Shown piece after piece: positions 1-9,566 of a stretch of DNA of 39,170 nucleotides. How positions within the stretch are numbered: position 1 is the stretch's first letter; each line of letters starts with the position of its first letter. A program made the position numbers and the translations under genes. The DNA is from a virus (lineage: Duplodnaviria > Caudoviricetes). The notes beneath the pieces were generated by a model that was given only the letters and a program-made list of their open reading frames with translations, was not told the origin of the DNA and ran no database searches. The DNA is taken from the IMG/VR virus record IMGVR_UViG_3300033417_000031, positions 1-39,170 of that record. The stretch is one strand, 5' to 3'.

Positions 1-22
1 CGCACGCAGAGGTTTTTTTTCG

Positions 23-553
23 ATGGCTCGGAAATCTCAGGCCCGATCGAAGGCCGCATCAAAGCCCGTCGCCGGGCCGCAGGAGGGAGCCGGACGGGAA
101 TCGCTGGCGCGCTGGGCGCCGTTCGACCTGCTGGGCGATCCGATCCCGGAAAACTGGGCTTCCCGCGGTCGCCCTCCGCATATCCCGACGGCGCGCAACC
201 GGGTGAAGGTCCGCCTGCTGCTGGCCGAGGGCCGCACCAAGGTCTACATCGCCCGGGCGCTCCGGATTACCAAGGAGACGCTCACAAAGCATTATTTCGT
301 CGAGCTGCGCCAACGCGCCGAGGCGCGTCCCGCGCTCGAGGCCGAGCTCTTCATGCGCAACTGGGAGCTCGCCCAGGCCGGTAACGTCGGCGCGCTGAAG
401 CTCTTGTTCCAGCGCTTCGAGAAGCTGGACCTGGTGGTCCCGCCGGCGCGCGAGCCCGAGGCGAAACCCGAGAAGCTCGGCAAGAAGGAGGCGGCCGACC
501 GCACCGCCCAGACCGCCCACGAGGAGTCCGGATGGGGCCCGCTGCTGCACTGA
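23..553 (+). CDS. terS: Terminase small subunit (putative)
   Basis: First gene, directly before the large terminase; HTH-like segment (IARALRITKETLTKHY) and C-terminal GKKE...W motif resembling alphaproteobacterial phage TerS. Confidence 0.7.
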   Translation: MARKSQARSKAASKPVAGPQEGAGRESLARWAPFDLLGDPIPENWASRGRPPHIPTARNRVKVRLLLAEGRTKVYIARALRITKETLTKHYFVELRQRAEARPALEAELFMRNWELAQAGNVGALKLLFQRFEKLDLVVPPAREPEAKPEKLGKKEAADRTAQTAHEESGWGPLLH

Positions 554-2307
554 CGACCGGCTTGAGCGCCGACCGCGCCGTAGCGCCGGCCGCGGCCGCT
601 GGATCCGGCGGCTGGAGCTTCGCCTGTCCGGACTGGTTCGAGCGCCTCGCCGCCGGGCGCTCGCTGGTGCCGGACCTGCCGCTCGACCGCGACGAGGCCG
701 AGCGCGCGGTCCAGATCTTCAACCGGCTGCGCCTGCCCGACGTGCCCGGCCAGCCGGCGAACAGGGAGGCCGCCGGCGAGTGGTTCCGCGACATCGTGCG
801 CGCCGGCTTCGGCTCGCTCGACCGGGCGACCGGGCGCCGCATGGTGCCCGAGCTGTTCCTGCTGGTGCCGAAGAAGAACAACAAGACGACGGGCGGCGCC
901 CACGTAGCGCTCACCGCCATGCTGATGAACCGGCGGCCCTACGCCGAGCTGCTGTTCATCGGCCCGACGCAGATCGTCTCAGACACCGCCTTCGAGCAGG
1001 CCGCCGGCACGATCGCCTCCGACCCGGAGGGCTACCTGCAGAAGCGGTTCCAGATCCGCGACCACGTGAAGACCATCGTCGACCGCACCAACAAGGCGCG
1101 GCTCAAGATCAAGACCTTCGACATGAAGGTGATCACCGGCTCGAAGCCGGTGTTCGTGCTGATCGACGAGCTCCACGTCATGGACACGATCCACTACGCC
1201 GCGAAGGTGCTGCGCCAGATCCGCGGCGGCCTGATGCCGAACCCGGAGAGCATGCTGGTGTTCATCACCACCCAGAGCGACGACCCGCCGGCGGGCGTCT
1301 TCAAGGACGAGCTCGACTACGCGCGCGGTGTGCGCGACGGCCGGATCACAGTCGGCGCGCGCATGCTGCCGGTGCTCTACGAATTCCCCGCGACGATGCA
1401 GACCGCGCCCGACCGGCCGTGGGAGGACCCGCGCAACTGGCCGCTGGTCAACCCGAACCTGGGTCGCTCGCTCGCGCTCGAGGACCTGGTCGCGGGCTGG
1501 CGGCAGGCCCACGAGAAGGGCGAGGCGCACTGGCGCGGCTGGGCCTCGCAGCACCTCAACGTGCAGATCGGCGTGGCGATCGGCGGCTGGCGCGGCGCCG
1601 ACTACTGGCAGCAGGCGGCCGACGAGAGCCTCACCCTCGACGAGCTGCTGGAGCGCTCGGAGGTGGCGACCGTCGGCATCGACGGCGGCGGCCTCGACGA
1701 CCTCCTGGGATTGGCCGTGCTCGGTCGCTGCAAGACCACCCAGGACTGGCTGCTGTGGACCCGCGCCTGGGCGCACCCCGACGTGATCGAGCGCCGCGGC
1801 AACATCGCCCAGCGCCTGCGCGACTTCGAAGCGGACGGCGACCTGGTGCTGTGCCAGCGCCCGACCCAGGACGTCGAGGAGGTGGCGGCGATCGTCGCCC
1901 GGGTCGCCGAGGCCGGGCTGCTGCCCGAGCGCCACGGGGTCGGGCTCGATCCGGTCGGGGTCGCTGCCATCGTCGACGCGCTCGACGCCTGCGGGCTCGG
2001 GAGCGAGGAGAACAAGGGCCCGCTATGCGCGGTCCCCCAGGGCTACCGGCTCAACAGCGCGGTGCTCGGCATAGAGCGCAAGCTGAAGGACGGGACGCTG
2101 TGGCACGGCGGCCAGGCGCTCATGCGCTGGTGCGTCGGCAACGCCAAGACCGAGCTGCGCGGCTCGGCCGTCATGATCACGAAGCAGGCCGCCGGCCGGG
2201 CGAAGATCGACCCGCTGATCGCAGCCATGAACGCCTTCGTGCTGATGAGCCGGGCGCCGGCGGCGACGAAAAGCGTCTACCGCGAGCGCGGCCTGGTGAT
2301 GGTGTGA
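532..2307 (+). CDS. terL: Terminase large subunit
   Basis: Walker A-like VPKKNNKTT, Walker B VLIDELH, coupling motif ITTQS, nuclease motifs GIDGGGLDDL and KIDPLIA; the start could instead be the TTG at 562. Confidence 0.95.
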   Translation: MGPAAALTTGLSADRAVAPAAAAGSGGWSFACPDWFERLAAGRSLVPDLPLDRDEAERAVQIFNRLRLPDVPGQPANREAAGEWFRDIVRAGFGSLDRATGRRMVPELFLLVPKKNNKTTGGAHVALTAMLMNRRPYAELLFIGPTQIVSDTAFEQAAGTIASDPEGYLQKRFQIRDHVKTIVDRTNKARLKIKTFDMKVITGSKPVFVLIDELHVMDTIHYAAKVLRQIRGGLMPNPESMLVFITTQSDDPPAGVFKDELDYARGVRDGRITVGARMLPVLYEFPATMQTAPDRPWEDPRNWPLVNPNLGRSLALEDLVAGWRQAHEKGEAHWRGWASQHLNVQIGVAIGGWRGADYWQQAADESLTLDELLERSEVATVGIDGGGLDDLLGLAVLGRCKTTQDWLLWTRAWAHPDVIERRGNIAQRLRDFEADGDLVLCQRPTQDVEEVAAIVARVAEAGLLPERHGVGLDPVGVAAIVDALDACGLGSEENKGPLCAVPQGYRLNSAVLGIERKLKDGTLWHGGQALMRWCVGNAKTELRGSAVMITKQAAGRAKIDPLIAAMNAFVLMSRAPAATKSVYRERGLVMV

Positions 2308-2516
2308 GCGAAGCGTCGCCGGTGCCCGAGGAGGGTGCGGACGATCAGGCGCGGCGACCGCCCGCTCGGCGCGAGCTGTTCGATCTGCGCGACGGCTTCG
2401 CGCTGGGCGGTCTCATGCTCATGGCAGGTGGCCTCGCGGCGGTATGGTGGCCGTCCGCGCTGATTATTCCGGGTGTCCTGCTGTTCTGGCTGGCGGTGCG
2501 AAATGGGCCTTCTTGA
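2304..2516 (+). CDS. Small membrane protein between terminase and portal
   Basis: GTG overlaps the terL stop (GTGA); hydrophobic C-terminal half (GFALGGLMLMAGGLAAVWWPSALIIPGVLLFWLAV). Confidence 0.7.
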   Translation: MSEASPVPEEGADDQARRPPARRELFDLRDGFALGGLMLMAGGLAAVWWPSALIIPGVLLFWLAVRNGPS

Positions 2517-3753
2517 CCGGTTGGAGCAGCGCCGGCCGGCGCGTATCGCGGCCGAGCTGACCGAGGTCGAGGATCTCCGCGAGCTGATCGACCTCGCCAT
2601 GGGCGGGCCGGCAGCGAGCGGCGAGACGGTAAACGTCAAGCGCGCGCTCGAGTGCCCGCCGGTCGCGGCTGCCGTCCAGGTCATGGGCGAGAGCGTCGCG
2701 CAGCTGCCGTTCCGGGTGTTCCAGAACCTCGGCGACCGCCAGATCGAGGAGCGCCCCGAGCACGACGTGAACGCGCTGCTCGGCAGTCGCGGCAAGCCCA
2801 ACGAGTGGCAAACGCCGTTCGAGTTCTTCGAGCAGGGCACCCGCGACGTGGCTCTGAGGGGCAACTTCTACGCCTTCAAGAACCTCGTTGCAGACCGCCT
2901 GCGGTCCCTCGACCGGCTCGTCGCGGACAAGGTCACGGTGAAGCAGGACGACAATTTCCGCATCCGCTACACGGTCACCACGCCCGGCGGCGGCACCAGG
3001 GATCTCACGTCCCGAGAGATCTTCCATCTGCGGGGCCCGAGCGACAACGGGGTCGCCGGCAATCACGTGGTCAAGCAGATGCGTCACGCGATCGGCTTGG
3101 CACTCGCCCAGGACAAGCACGCGAGCAAGCTGTTCGCCAACGGGGCGCGGCTCTCGGGCTGGCTCGAGCACCCGGGCGTCATCGGGCCCGAGGGGACCGA
3201 ACGCCTGCGCGAGGCCTTCGAGCGGATATTCGGCGGTGCGGACAACGCCTACAAGACGGCCGTGTTCGAAGAGGGGATGAAGTTCAAGGAGGGCTCGATG
3301 ACGGCGGAGGCGGCGCAGCTGATCGAGAGCCGCACGCTGCAACGCTCGGTCCTCGCCGCCATCTGGCGGGTGCCGCCGCACATGATCGGCGATCTCGAGA
3401 AGGCGACCTTCTCGAACATCGAGCACCTGGCGCGGCAGTTCGTCGACTATGCGTTGATGCCGTGGCTGCGGCGCTGGGAGCAGGCGATCGGCACGCAGCT
3501 GCTCAGCGATGCCGAGCGCGCCGCCGGCCTGTTCGTCAAGCTCGACCCGCGCGGCTTGCTGCGCGGCGATTCCAAGGCGCGCGCGGACTTCTACACCAAG
3601 GGCATCGCGGCGACCTGGCTGTCGCCCAACGAGGTCCGCGAGAAAGAGGACATGCCGCCACGGGACGGCGGCGACGAGTTCAAGAACCCCAACATCACCG
3701 CCGCCGACATGGCGGATCCGGACGCGCCCGAGGGCGGGCGCACCGACATGTGA
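2503..3753 (+). CDS. HK97-family portal protein
   Basis: Motifs IFHLRG, FANGARLSG, IWRVPPHMIGDLEKATFSNIE, WLSPNEVRE; position after terL. Confidence 0.95.
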   Translation: MGLLDRLEQRRPARIAAELTEVEDLRELIDLAMGGPAASGETVNVKRALECPPVAAAVQVMGESVAQLPFRVFQNLGDRQIEERPEHDVNALLGSRGKPNEWQTPFEFFEQGTRDVALRGNFYAFKNLVADRLRSLDRLVADKVTVKQDDNFRIRYTVTTPGGGTRDLTSREIFHLRGPSDNGVAGNHVVKQMRHAIGLALAQDKHASKLFANGARLSGWLEHPGVIGPEGTERLREAFERIFGGADNAYKTAVFEEGMKFKEGSMTAEAAQLIESRTLQRSVLAAIWRVPPHMIGDLEKATFSNIEHLARQFVDYALMPWLRRWEQAIGTQLLSDAERAAGLFVKLDPRGLLRGDSKARADFYTKGIAATWLSPNEVREKEDMPPRDGGDEFKNPNITAADMADPDAPEGGRTDM

Positions 3754-3764
3754 CGAGGCTGACC

Positions 3765-4592
3765 ATGACGCCTATCGAGATCCCCGCCGGGATGAAGAGC
3801 GCGCGGCGGCGCCTGTTCAACCGTTCGATCGACAACCGCTTCGAGATCCTCGCCCAGGACGGGGTCACCGAGATCGCGATCTACGACGAGATCGGATTCT
3901 TCGGGATCAGCGCCGAGGCGTTCCACGACCGCCTGCTGGCGGTCACCACGCCGCGCATCCGCCTCCTCATCAACTCCCCCGGCGGCGACGTGTTCGACGG
4001 GCTCACGATCTACAACGACCTGGTGCGCCACGCGGCGACGGTCGAGGTCGAGGTGCGCGGCATCGCCGCGAGCGCCGCCAGCCTCATCGCCATGGCCGGC
4101 GACCGGATCATGATGGCCGAGAACGCCTTCATGATGATCCACAACGCCTGGGGCATCGTCATCGGCGACGAGAACGACCTGCGCGCCTTCGCCGAGGTGC
4201 TCGCCAAGATCGACGGCGCGCTCGCGCGCACCTACGCCGGGCGCACCGGCCAGGCGCTCGAGGAGCTGCGGCGCATGATGGACGACGAAACCTGGCTCGA
4301 TTCCGACGATGCAGTCGCGAAGGGCTTCGCCGACGCGACGGTCGAGGCGGTCGAGGCCCGTGCGCTTTTCGACCTCTCGGTGTTCGACAACGTGCCGGCC
4401 ATGCTCAAGCAGCAGACCGAGAAGGGCCTCAGGGCCGCCGGCTTCTCGAAACACGAAGCGCGGATCGCTGCGGCGGACGGCTTCCACACCTTGGCGCGGC
4501 GCGACGCTGCGCACCCGTCCCGGCGCGACGCTGAGGACGAGAGATTGCGGAGCGAGCTCGAGCTGGCCCTGGAGGTGTTCCGGGCCGCATGA
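3765..4592 (+). CDS. ClpP-type head maturation protease
   Basis: IYDEIG, LLINSPGGDVFDG, GIAASAASLIAMAGD, MMIHNAW, ETWL; 3' part of ORF 2652..4592. Confidence 0.93.
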   Translation: MTPIEIPAGMKSARRRLFNRSIDNRFEILAQDGVTEIAIYDEIGFFGISAEAFHDRLLAVTTPRIRLLINSPGGDVFDGLTIYNDLVRHAATVEVEVRGIAASAASLIAMAGDRIMMAENAFMMIHNAWGIVIGDENDLRAFAEVLAKIDGALARTYAGRTGQALEELRRMMDDETWLDSDDAVAKGFADATVEAVEARALFDLSVFDNVPAMLKQQTEKGLRAAGFSKHEARIAAADGFHTLARRDAAHPSRRDAEDERLRSELELALEVFRAA

Positions 4593-4618
4593 CCAAACCG
4601 CATTCCCATCCGACAACG

Positions 4619-4640
4619 GGCCCGCTTCGGCGGGCCTTTT
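4619..4640 (+). terminator. Stem-loop with U-tract immediately before the capsid RBS
   Basis: GGCCCGC-TTCG-GCGGGCC-TTTT followed by GGAGGAG. Confidence 0.6.
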
Positions 4641-4657
4641 CTCTGGAGGAGTGATTC

Positions 4658-6004
4658 ATGCCCAAAGACACAGCCACTCTCGTCCGCGAGCTGGGCGAAG
4701 CCTTCGAGGCCCACAAGAAGACGAACGACCAGGCGCTCGCCGAAGTGAAGGTCCACGGCGAGGCGCTGGGCGAGACCAAGGCCAAGCTCGCGACCATCGA
4801 CACAGTGATCGAAGACCTGAAGGCGAAGTGCGATGAGGCGGTGAAGGCCGCGGCGGAGGTCAACCGCCGCGGTCTCGGCGGCCCGCTGGCTGAGCCCAAT
4901 CTGGACACCCGCCAGGCCGCCGCCCGTCTCCACCTGATGGCGAAGCGGCAGCGGATCCGCCCGAATGACCCGAACCTCGATGTCGAGGGCTATCTCGCCT
5001 ACTGCGATGCGATCGAGGCCGCGATCCGGGTCGAGTTCCGCACCGGCGGCCTGAGCTCCGACATCCGCGCCGCGCTCGAAGTCGGCGTCGACCCGTCCGG
5101 CGGCTGGTTCGTGCCGCCGACGATGGCCAGCGAGATCGAGCGCCGCGTCCACGACACCTCGCCGATGCGCCAGGTCGCGCGCATCATCCAGATCGGCACC
5201 AACGCCTGGGAGGCGCCGTTCCGGGTGAACAAGGGCATCTCGGGCGGCTGGGTCACCGAGAAGCAGGCCCGGCCCGCCACCGACACGGCGACCGGCGGCA
5301 AGCAGCGGATCGAGGCTCACGAGCAGTACGCCTATCCCGAGGTCACCCAGGAGATGCTCGAGGACGCGGTGATCGACGTGCAGGACATGCTGACCGAGGA
5401 GACCACGGATCAGATGTCGCGCGACGAGAACCTCGCCTTCGTCTCCGGCACCGGCGTCGAGCAGCCGCGGGGCTTCCTCGATTACAAGGGCACGGCCGTC
5501 ACCACCAAGGACGCCTCGCGCGCCTGGGGTCTGCTGCAGTACATCGCCAGCGGCGCGGCCGGGGCGTTCCCGACCGTGTCGGGCAGCGTGGCGAGCGATC
5601 CCAACGCGCTGATCGACATGGTGGCCGCGCTCAATCCGATGTACCGGCAGGGCGCGACCTGGGCGATGAACCGCACCACCGAAGCGACGGTGCGGAAACT
5701 GAAGGACGCCGACGGCCGCTACCTGGTCGGCTTCGGCGACCTGCGCGACGACGTGACCGGGTTCAACCTCCTGGGCTTCCCGATCATCAATTTCGAGGAC
5801 ATGCCGGACGTCGCGTCCGACAGCTACTCGATCGCCTTCGCCAACTTCCGCCGCGGCTACTTCATCGTCGACCGGCTCGGCTTCACCCTGCTGGTCGATC
5901 CCTACACCAACAAGCCGTTCGTCGGGTTCTACATCCGCAAGCGGACCGGCGGCGACGTGCGCAACTTCGACGCCATCAAGCTGATGAAGTTCGCCGCGAG
6001 CTGA
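4658..6004 (+). CDS. Major capsid protein, HK97 fold
   Basis: N-terminal coiled-coil delta domain, GGWFVP, SPMRQVA, ENLAFVSGTGVEQPRG, DPYTNKPFVGFY..KRTGG, AIKLMKFA; strong RBS. Confidence 0.96.
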   Translation: MPKDTATLVRELGEAFEAHKKTNDQALAEVKVHGEALGETKAKLATIDTVIEDLKAKCDEAVKAAAEVNRRGLGGPLAEPNLDTRQAAARLHLMAKRQRIRPNDPNLDVEGYLAYCDAIEAAIRVEFRTGGLSSDIRAALEVGVDPSGGWFVPPTMASEIERRVHDTSPMRQVARIIQIGTNAWEAPFRVNKGISGGWVTEKQARPATDTATGGKQRIEAHEQYAYPEVTQEMLEDAVIDVQDMLTEETTDQMSRDENLAFVSGTGVEQPRGFLDYKGTAVTTKDASRAWGLLQYIASGAAGAFPTVSGSVASDPNALIDMVAALNPMYRQGATWAMNRTTEATVRKLKDADGRYLVGFGDLRDDVTGFNLLGFPIINFEDMPDVASDSYSIAFANFRRGYFIVDRLGFTLLVDPYTNKPFVGFYIRKRTGGDVRNFDAIKLMKFAAS

Positions 6005-6068
6005 GTGCGACGGCGACACCTCACAATCCGAGCGGCCCCCCGCTCTCTTCACTCGGGAGTTTTGAACC

Positions 6069-6527
6069 ATGTCCCTCAGAGACCTGATCTCGAACGTCAA
6101 GACGGTCTACCACTGGACCAAGACCGTCACGGCGACCGAAACGCCCTCGACCGGGATTTCCCGCAAGGGCTTCGGCAGCGTGCTGATCCAGGCGGCGATC
6201 GGCGCTGTCACCAACATCGCCAACTCGCCGCAGCCGAGCTGGACCCTGAAGCTCGAACACTCGGCCGCGGCCAGCTCCGGATACGCCGCGGTCGCGGCGG
6301 CCGACGTGATCCTGGCGAACGGCAAGAACGATGGCTCGATCACCGCCGGTGTCTACGCCACCATCGACGCTGCGGCCGAGGACGATTCGATCTACACCAT
6401 CGGCTACATCGGCGCGAAGGAGTTCCTGCGGGTGGTTGCCACGGCCGCCAACACGCCGGGCGCGACGCCGATCGCGGTCATCTTCACCCTCGGCCTGCCC
6501 GCGCTGGCCCCGGCCGACGACGGCTGA
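6069..6527 (+). CDS. Capsid-associated protein (putative decoration protein)
   Basis: Directly after the capsid gene, beta-rich, IGYIGAKEFLRVV motif; RBS GGAG. Confidence 0.6.
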   Translation: MSLRDLISNVKTVYHWTKTVTATETPSTGISRKGFGSVLIQAAIGAVTNIANSPQPSWTLKLEHSAAASSGYAAVAAADVILANGKNDGSITAGVYATIDAAAEDDSIYTIGYIGAKEFLRVVATAANTPGATPIAVIFTLGLPALAPADDG

Positions 6528-6580
6528 TCGCGTCCGAGCGCAAACAACCTTCCCGCCTGCCCGACTTTGCAGCGGGCCTT

Positions 6581-6618
6581 GGGCCGGCCGCCTTTCCGGG
6601 CGGCCGGCCCGCTTTCTT
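6581..6618 (+). terminator. GC-rich stem-loop before the RBS of the gene at 6631
   Basis: GGGCCGGCCGCC-TTTCCG-GGCGGCCGGCCC-GCTTTCTT followed by GGAGG. Confidence 0.55.
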
Positions 6619-6630
6619 GGAGGAAGATCC

Positions 6631-6915
6631 ATGGCACCGACACTCACCGTTACGCGGGGCTTCGCCCATGCCGACGGCATCTATGGCCAAGACTACCCGC
6701 CGGGCTCCTACCGGGTGGTCGACGCGGCCGGCGACCCCAAAGCCGGCACCATCTCCAAGCGCGGCTGCGAGGTCGCGCTGCAGAACGCCTGGGGCGCGCT
6801 CAAGGCCGAGAAGCCGGCGAAGCGCGCAAAGGGCGCAAAGGGCCGCAAGGACGACGCCGATAACGCCGATCCCGACGGCGCGGGCGCGGACGACACGGTA
6901 AACCCTACAGAGTGA
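6631..6915 (+). CDS. Hypothetical head-region protein with a Lys-rich then acidic tail
   Basis: GGAGG RBS, ATG at 6631 within ORF 6331..6915, stop overlaps the next GTG. Confidence 0.7.
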   Translation: MAPTLTVTRGFAHADGIYGQDYPPGSYRVVDAAGDPKAGTISKRGCEVALQNAWGALKAEKPAKRAKGAKGRKDDADNADPDGAGADDTVNPTE

Positions 6916-7505
6916 CGCCGGACTGGGCCGGCGAGACGGCGGTCCTGGTCGGCTCGGGGCCGAGCCTGACGCCGGTGCAGGCGTGCGCCACCTGCGGGCG
7001 GGCGCGGGTGCTGGCGGTGAACGATTCGTGGCGGGCGGTGCCGTGGGCCGACCTGCTCTATGCCTGCGACGGCAAATGGTGGGACGCGCACCAGGGCGTG
7101 CCGGGGTTCCCCGGCGCCAAGTGGACCCAGGATGCCGGCGCGGCCGCGCGCTGGGCCTTGCGCTTCGTCAAGTCAGAGAACCCCCCTGGCATGAGCCGCG
7201 ACCCGGCCGTCGTGCACCAGGGCGGAACCTCCGGCTACCAGGCGCTCAACCTGGCCCTTCACCTGGGGGCGCGGCGGATCCTGCTGGTCGGCTACGACTA
7301 TTCCAAGGGCCACTGGTTCGGCGATCACCCGCCGCCCTTGAACAACACCGAGTTCGGCGAGCGGGCGAAGTCGTTCGAGCGCGCCGCGGTCGACATCCGC
7401 GAGCACTGGCCGGGAGTCGAGGTGGTGAACTGCACACCGGGCTCGGCGATCGATGCGTTCGGGCGGGGCGAGATCGGCGAAGAGCTTACCAAGGCCGGTC
7501 GGTAG
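6912..7505 (+). CDS. Putative glycosyltransferase (Maf/DUF115, Cst-like Rossmann fold)
   Basis: VLVGSGPSL, LAVNDS, YACD..WW, TSGYQALNLALHLGARRILLVGYDY, VVNCT motifs. Confidence 0.7.
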   Translation: MTPDWAGETAVLVGSGPSLTPVQACATCGRARVLAVNDSWRAVPWADLLYACDGKWWDAHQGVPGFPGAKWTQDAGAAARWALRFVKSENPPGMSRDPAVVHQGGTSGYQALNLALHLGARRILLVGYDYSKGHWFGDHPPPLNNTEFGERAKSFERAAVDIREHWPGVEVVNCTPGSAIDAFGRGEIGEELTKAGR

Positions 7506-7562
7506 ACCACAGAGCCACAGAGTTCGAGAGAGAGAAAATCTCGCCTCTCGTGCCTCTGTGGT
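7506..7562. repeat. Dispersed inverted-repeat element, copy 1
   Basis: ACCACAGAGCCACAGAG ... CTCTCGTGCCTCTGTGGT, starting right after the stop at 7505. Confidence 0.9.
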
Positions 7563-7581
7563 GAACGATGAGGATCTGTCA

Positions 7582-7815
7582 ATGCGAGCCAGAGTGATCA
7601 AGGCGTTCACCGGCAAGGCCGACTACGAGGTCCACCCGCGAAAGTTCCGCGTCGGCGAGGCGATCAAGGGCCCGCTCGCCGAGGAAAAGGTGAAGAGCGG
7701 CGAGGCGGTCCAGGTATCGGGCGTTAGGGATCAGGACTCGCGGCGCGAGGATCCCATCGAGCGTGCGGAGGATGCTTGGGCGCTGCCGGGCGACGATCCC
7801 GTCGAGGACGCCTGA
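7582..7815 (+). CDS. Small hypothetical protein
   Basis: GAGG RBS, ATG at 7582, stop overlaps the next ATG; ARVIKAFTG start resembles small phage head-region proteins. Confidence 0.65.
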   Translation: MRARVIKAFTGKADYEVHPRKFRVGEAIKGPLAEEKVKSGEAVQVSGVRDQDSRREDPIERAEDAWALPGDDPVEDA

Positions 7816-8372
7816 TGTTTTCTTCGGAACAGGCCGCCGAAGTCGCGAAGTACGGCGAGGCCTACAAGTCGCCGCGCTACGCGATGGGCGAGGCGAGGAA
7901 GGCGCAGGCGCAGCGCGACCTCTCGGCGCTGCCGTGGCGCGGCTCCTATCTCGATGTCGGCTGCGGCCGCGGCGAGATGCTCGACTATGCCGGCGCGATC
8001 GGGTTCCGCGAGGTGATCGGCGTCGAGGTGGTGCCGGCCCTGCTGCAGCGCCGGAACGTGATCTGCGCCGCGGCGTGGGATCTTCCGTTCTTCGCCGGCG
8101 CCTTCGAGATCGTCAGCCTGTTCGACGTGATCGAGCACCTGCTGCCCGGCGACGACGAGAAGGTCTGCCGCGAGCTCGACCGGGTGGCGGCGCACGCGAT
8201 CCTGATCACCGCGAACAACCGCGAGAGCCGCAGCCATATCGGCCAGGAGCTGCACGTCAACCGCCGGCCCTACGAGGAGTGGGACGCGCTCTTCAAGACA
8301 TGGTTCACGGGCGAGGTGGCCTGGCTTGCCAAGGGGCAGAACATCAGCGAGACCTGGCGGGTGACGAAGTGA
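7815..8372 (+). CDS. Class I SAM-dependent methyltransferase
   Basis: YLDVGCGRG motif I, GVE, LPF, FDVIEHL, LHVN. Confidence 0.88.
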   Translation: MFSSEQAAEVAKYGEAYKSPRYAMGEARKAQAQRDLSALPWRGSYLDVGCGRGEMLDYAGAIGFREVIGVEVVPALLQRRNVICAAAWDLPFFAGAFEIVSLFDVIEHLLPGDDEKVCRELDRVAAHAILITANNRESRSHIGQELHVNRRPYEEWDALFKTWFTGEVAWLAKGQNISETWRVTK

Positions 8373-9163
8373 AAGCGGCGCTCGTCGCCGATCCGCACAA
8401 GCCGCACCACCGCCGCTGGCTGGGCGCTCTCGCCGAAGGCCTCGGCCGCCACGGGATCGCGAGCGCATGGGTCGAGCCGGGCCAATGGCCAGGCTGCGAC
8501 TTCGCCTGCCATTGGGGGTGGCGGACTGCGACCAGGATCGTCGCGCCCATGCCGCGGCTGATCCTCGAGGCCGGCTACCTCGGCGACCGCCTGACCGGGT
8601 GGGCCTCGGCCGGCTGGAACGGCCTCAACGGCCGCGCGGAGTTCCATAACGCGGACTCGCCGGGCGACCGGGCGGCGCGCTGGTGCCGCCTGCTGCAGCC
8701 GTGCCGCGCGTTCGGGGCCGGCACGGTCGTCATCATGGGCCAGGTGGCGGGCGACCAGGCGTGGCACGGCGTCGATCCGGCGACCTGGTACCGGCGCACC
8801 TATGCGCTCGTGAAGGAGGCGACCGGGCGGCCGGTTTACTTCCGCCCGCACCCGTTCGGCGGCAGCCAGAATCACGGCATGGAGGAGATCGCCGGCTCGC
8901 TCGACGAGGCGCTGGCGCTCGCCGGCGGCGTCGTCACGTTCAACTCCAACGCCGGCGTCGACGCGGTGCTGGCCGGGGTGCCGACGATCGCGGCGGACCC
9001 GGGCTCCATGGTGTGGGGCCTGGTGCCCAGCGCGCCGCCGTTCGAGCCGGTCGACTCGGGCGCGCGGCTGCGCTGGCTCGAGCGCCTCGCCTACTGCCAG
9101 TGGACGGCGGAGGAGCTGCGCGACGGCACCGCCTGGGATCACATCGGGAAAGGACTGAAGTGA
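8369..9163 (+). CDS. Putative GT-B glycosyltransferase (capsule-synthesis KpsS/KpsC-like)
   Basis: LILEAGYL, VIMGQVAGD, VYFRPHP, VVTFNSNAGVDAVLAGVP, LAYCQWT; GTG overlaps the previous stop. Confidence 0.72.
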   Translation: MKAALVADPHKPHHRRWLGALAEGLGRHGIASAWVEPGQWPGCDFACHWGWRTATRIVAPMPRLILEAGYLGDRLTGWASAGWNGLNGRAEFHNADSPGDRAARWCRLLQPCRAFGAGTVVIMGQVAGDQAWHGVDPATWYRRTYALVKEATGRPVYFRPHPFGGSQNHGMEEIAGSLDEALALAGGVVTFNSNAGVDAVLAGVPTIAADPGSMVWGLVPSAPPFEPVDSGARLRWLERLAYCQWTAEELRDGTAWDHIGKGLK

Positions 9164-9230
9164 TGGCCGAGACGGCCGGAGCAACCCAGAACGGCGTCAC
9201 CACGTCCGTGACGATTCAATGAGGTAAGAT

Positions 9231-9560
9231 ATGGCAACCTATGACTCGTTATCCGCTTCCGACAAGGCGGTCGTTCAGAACACGGTGAATCTCGTTCGTG
9301 CCGGTGCGGGCGAGATCGCCAAGGTGTTCAACCACCTGAAGGCCATTGCCGATGATTCCAATGCTGTAAATCTGGTCCTGTCCATTGATATTGGGCAGAC
9401 GATACCGAACACCAGCGGTCTGGCCGGCGCGGACGATCTGACGCGAACAGAAGTTGTGGATCTGTTCAATCTCATCAACGGGATTCGAACGACCAACGAC
9501 AACGCCTCATTCCGCGCGGCGGCATCCAAAGCGGCAGGCATCAACGCACTTCTTGGGTAG
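9231..9560 (+). CDS. Hypothetical protein (lower GC)
   Basis: GAGGT RBS; coherent 109-aa ORF. Confidence 0.75.
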   Translation: MATYDSLSASDKAVVQNTVNLVRAGAGEIAKVFNHLKAIADDSNAVNLVLSIDIGQTIPNTSGLAGADDLTRTEVVDLFNLINGIRTTNDNASFRAAASKAAGINALLG

Positions 9561-9566
9561 CTCTGA

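Noticed and set aside
1-22. cos site
   Set aside because: Position and T-tract are suggestive, but the sequence is cut at the window edge, so it cannot be supported as a feature.
9163-9222. 19-aa ORF MAETAGATQNGVTTSVTIQ
   Set aside because: Its start is coupled to the upstream stop, but it is too short to call; it may be a remnant at the edge of the AT-rich insert.
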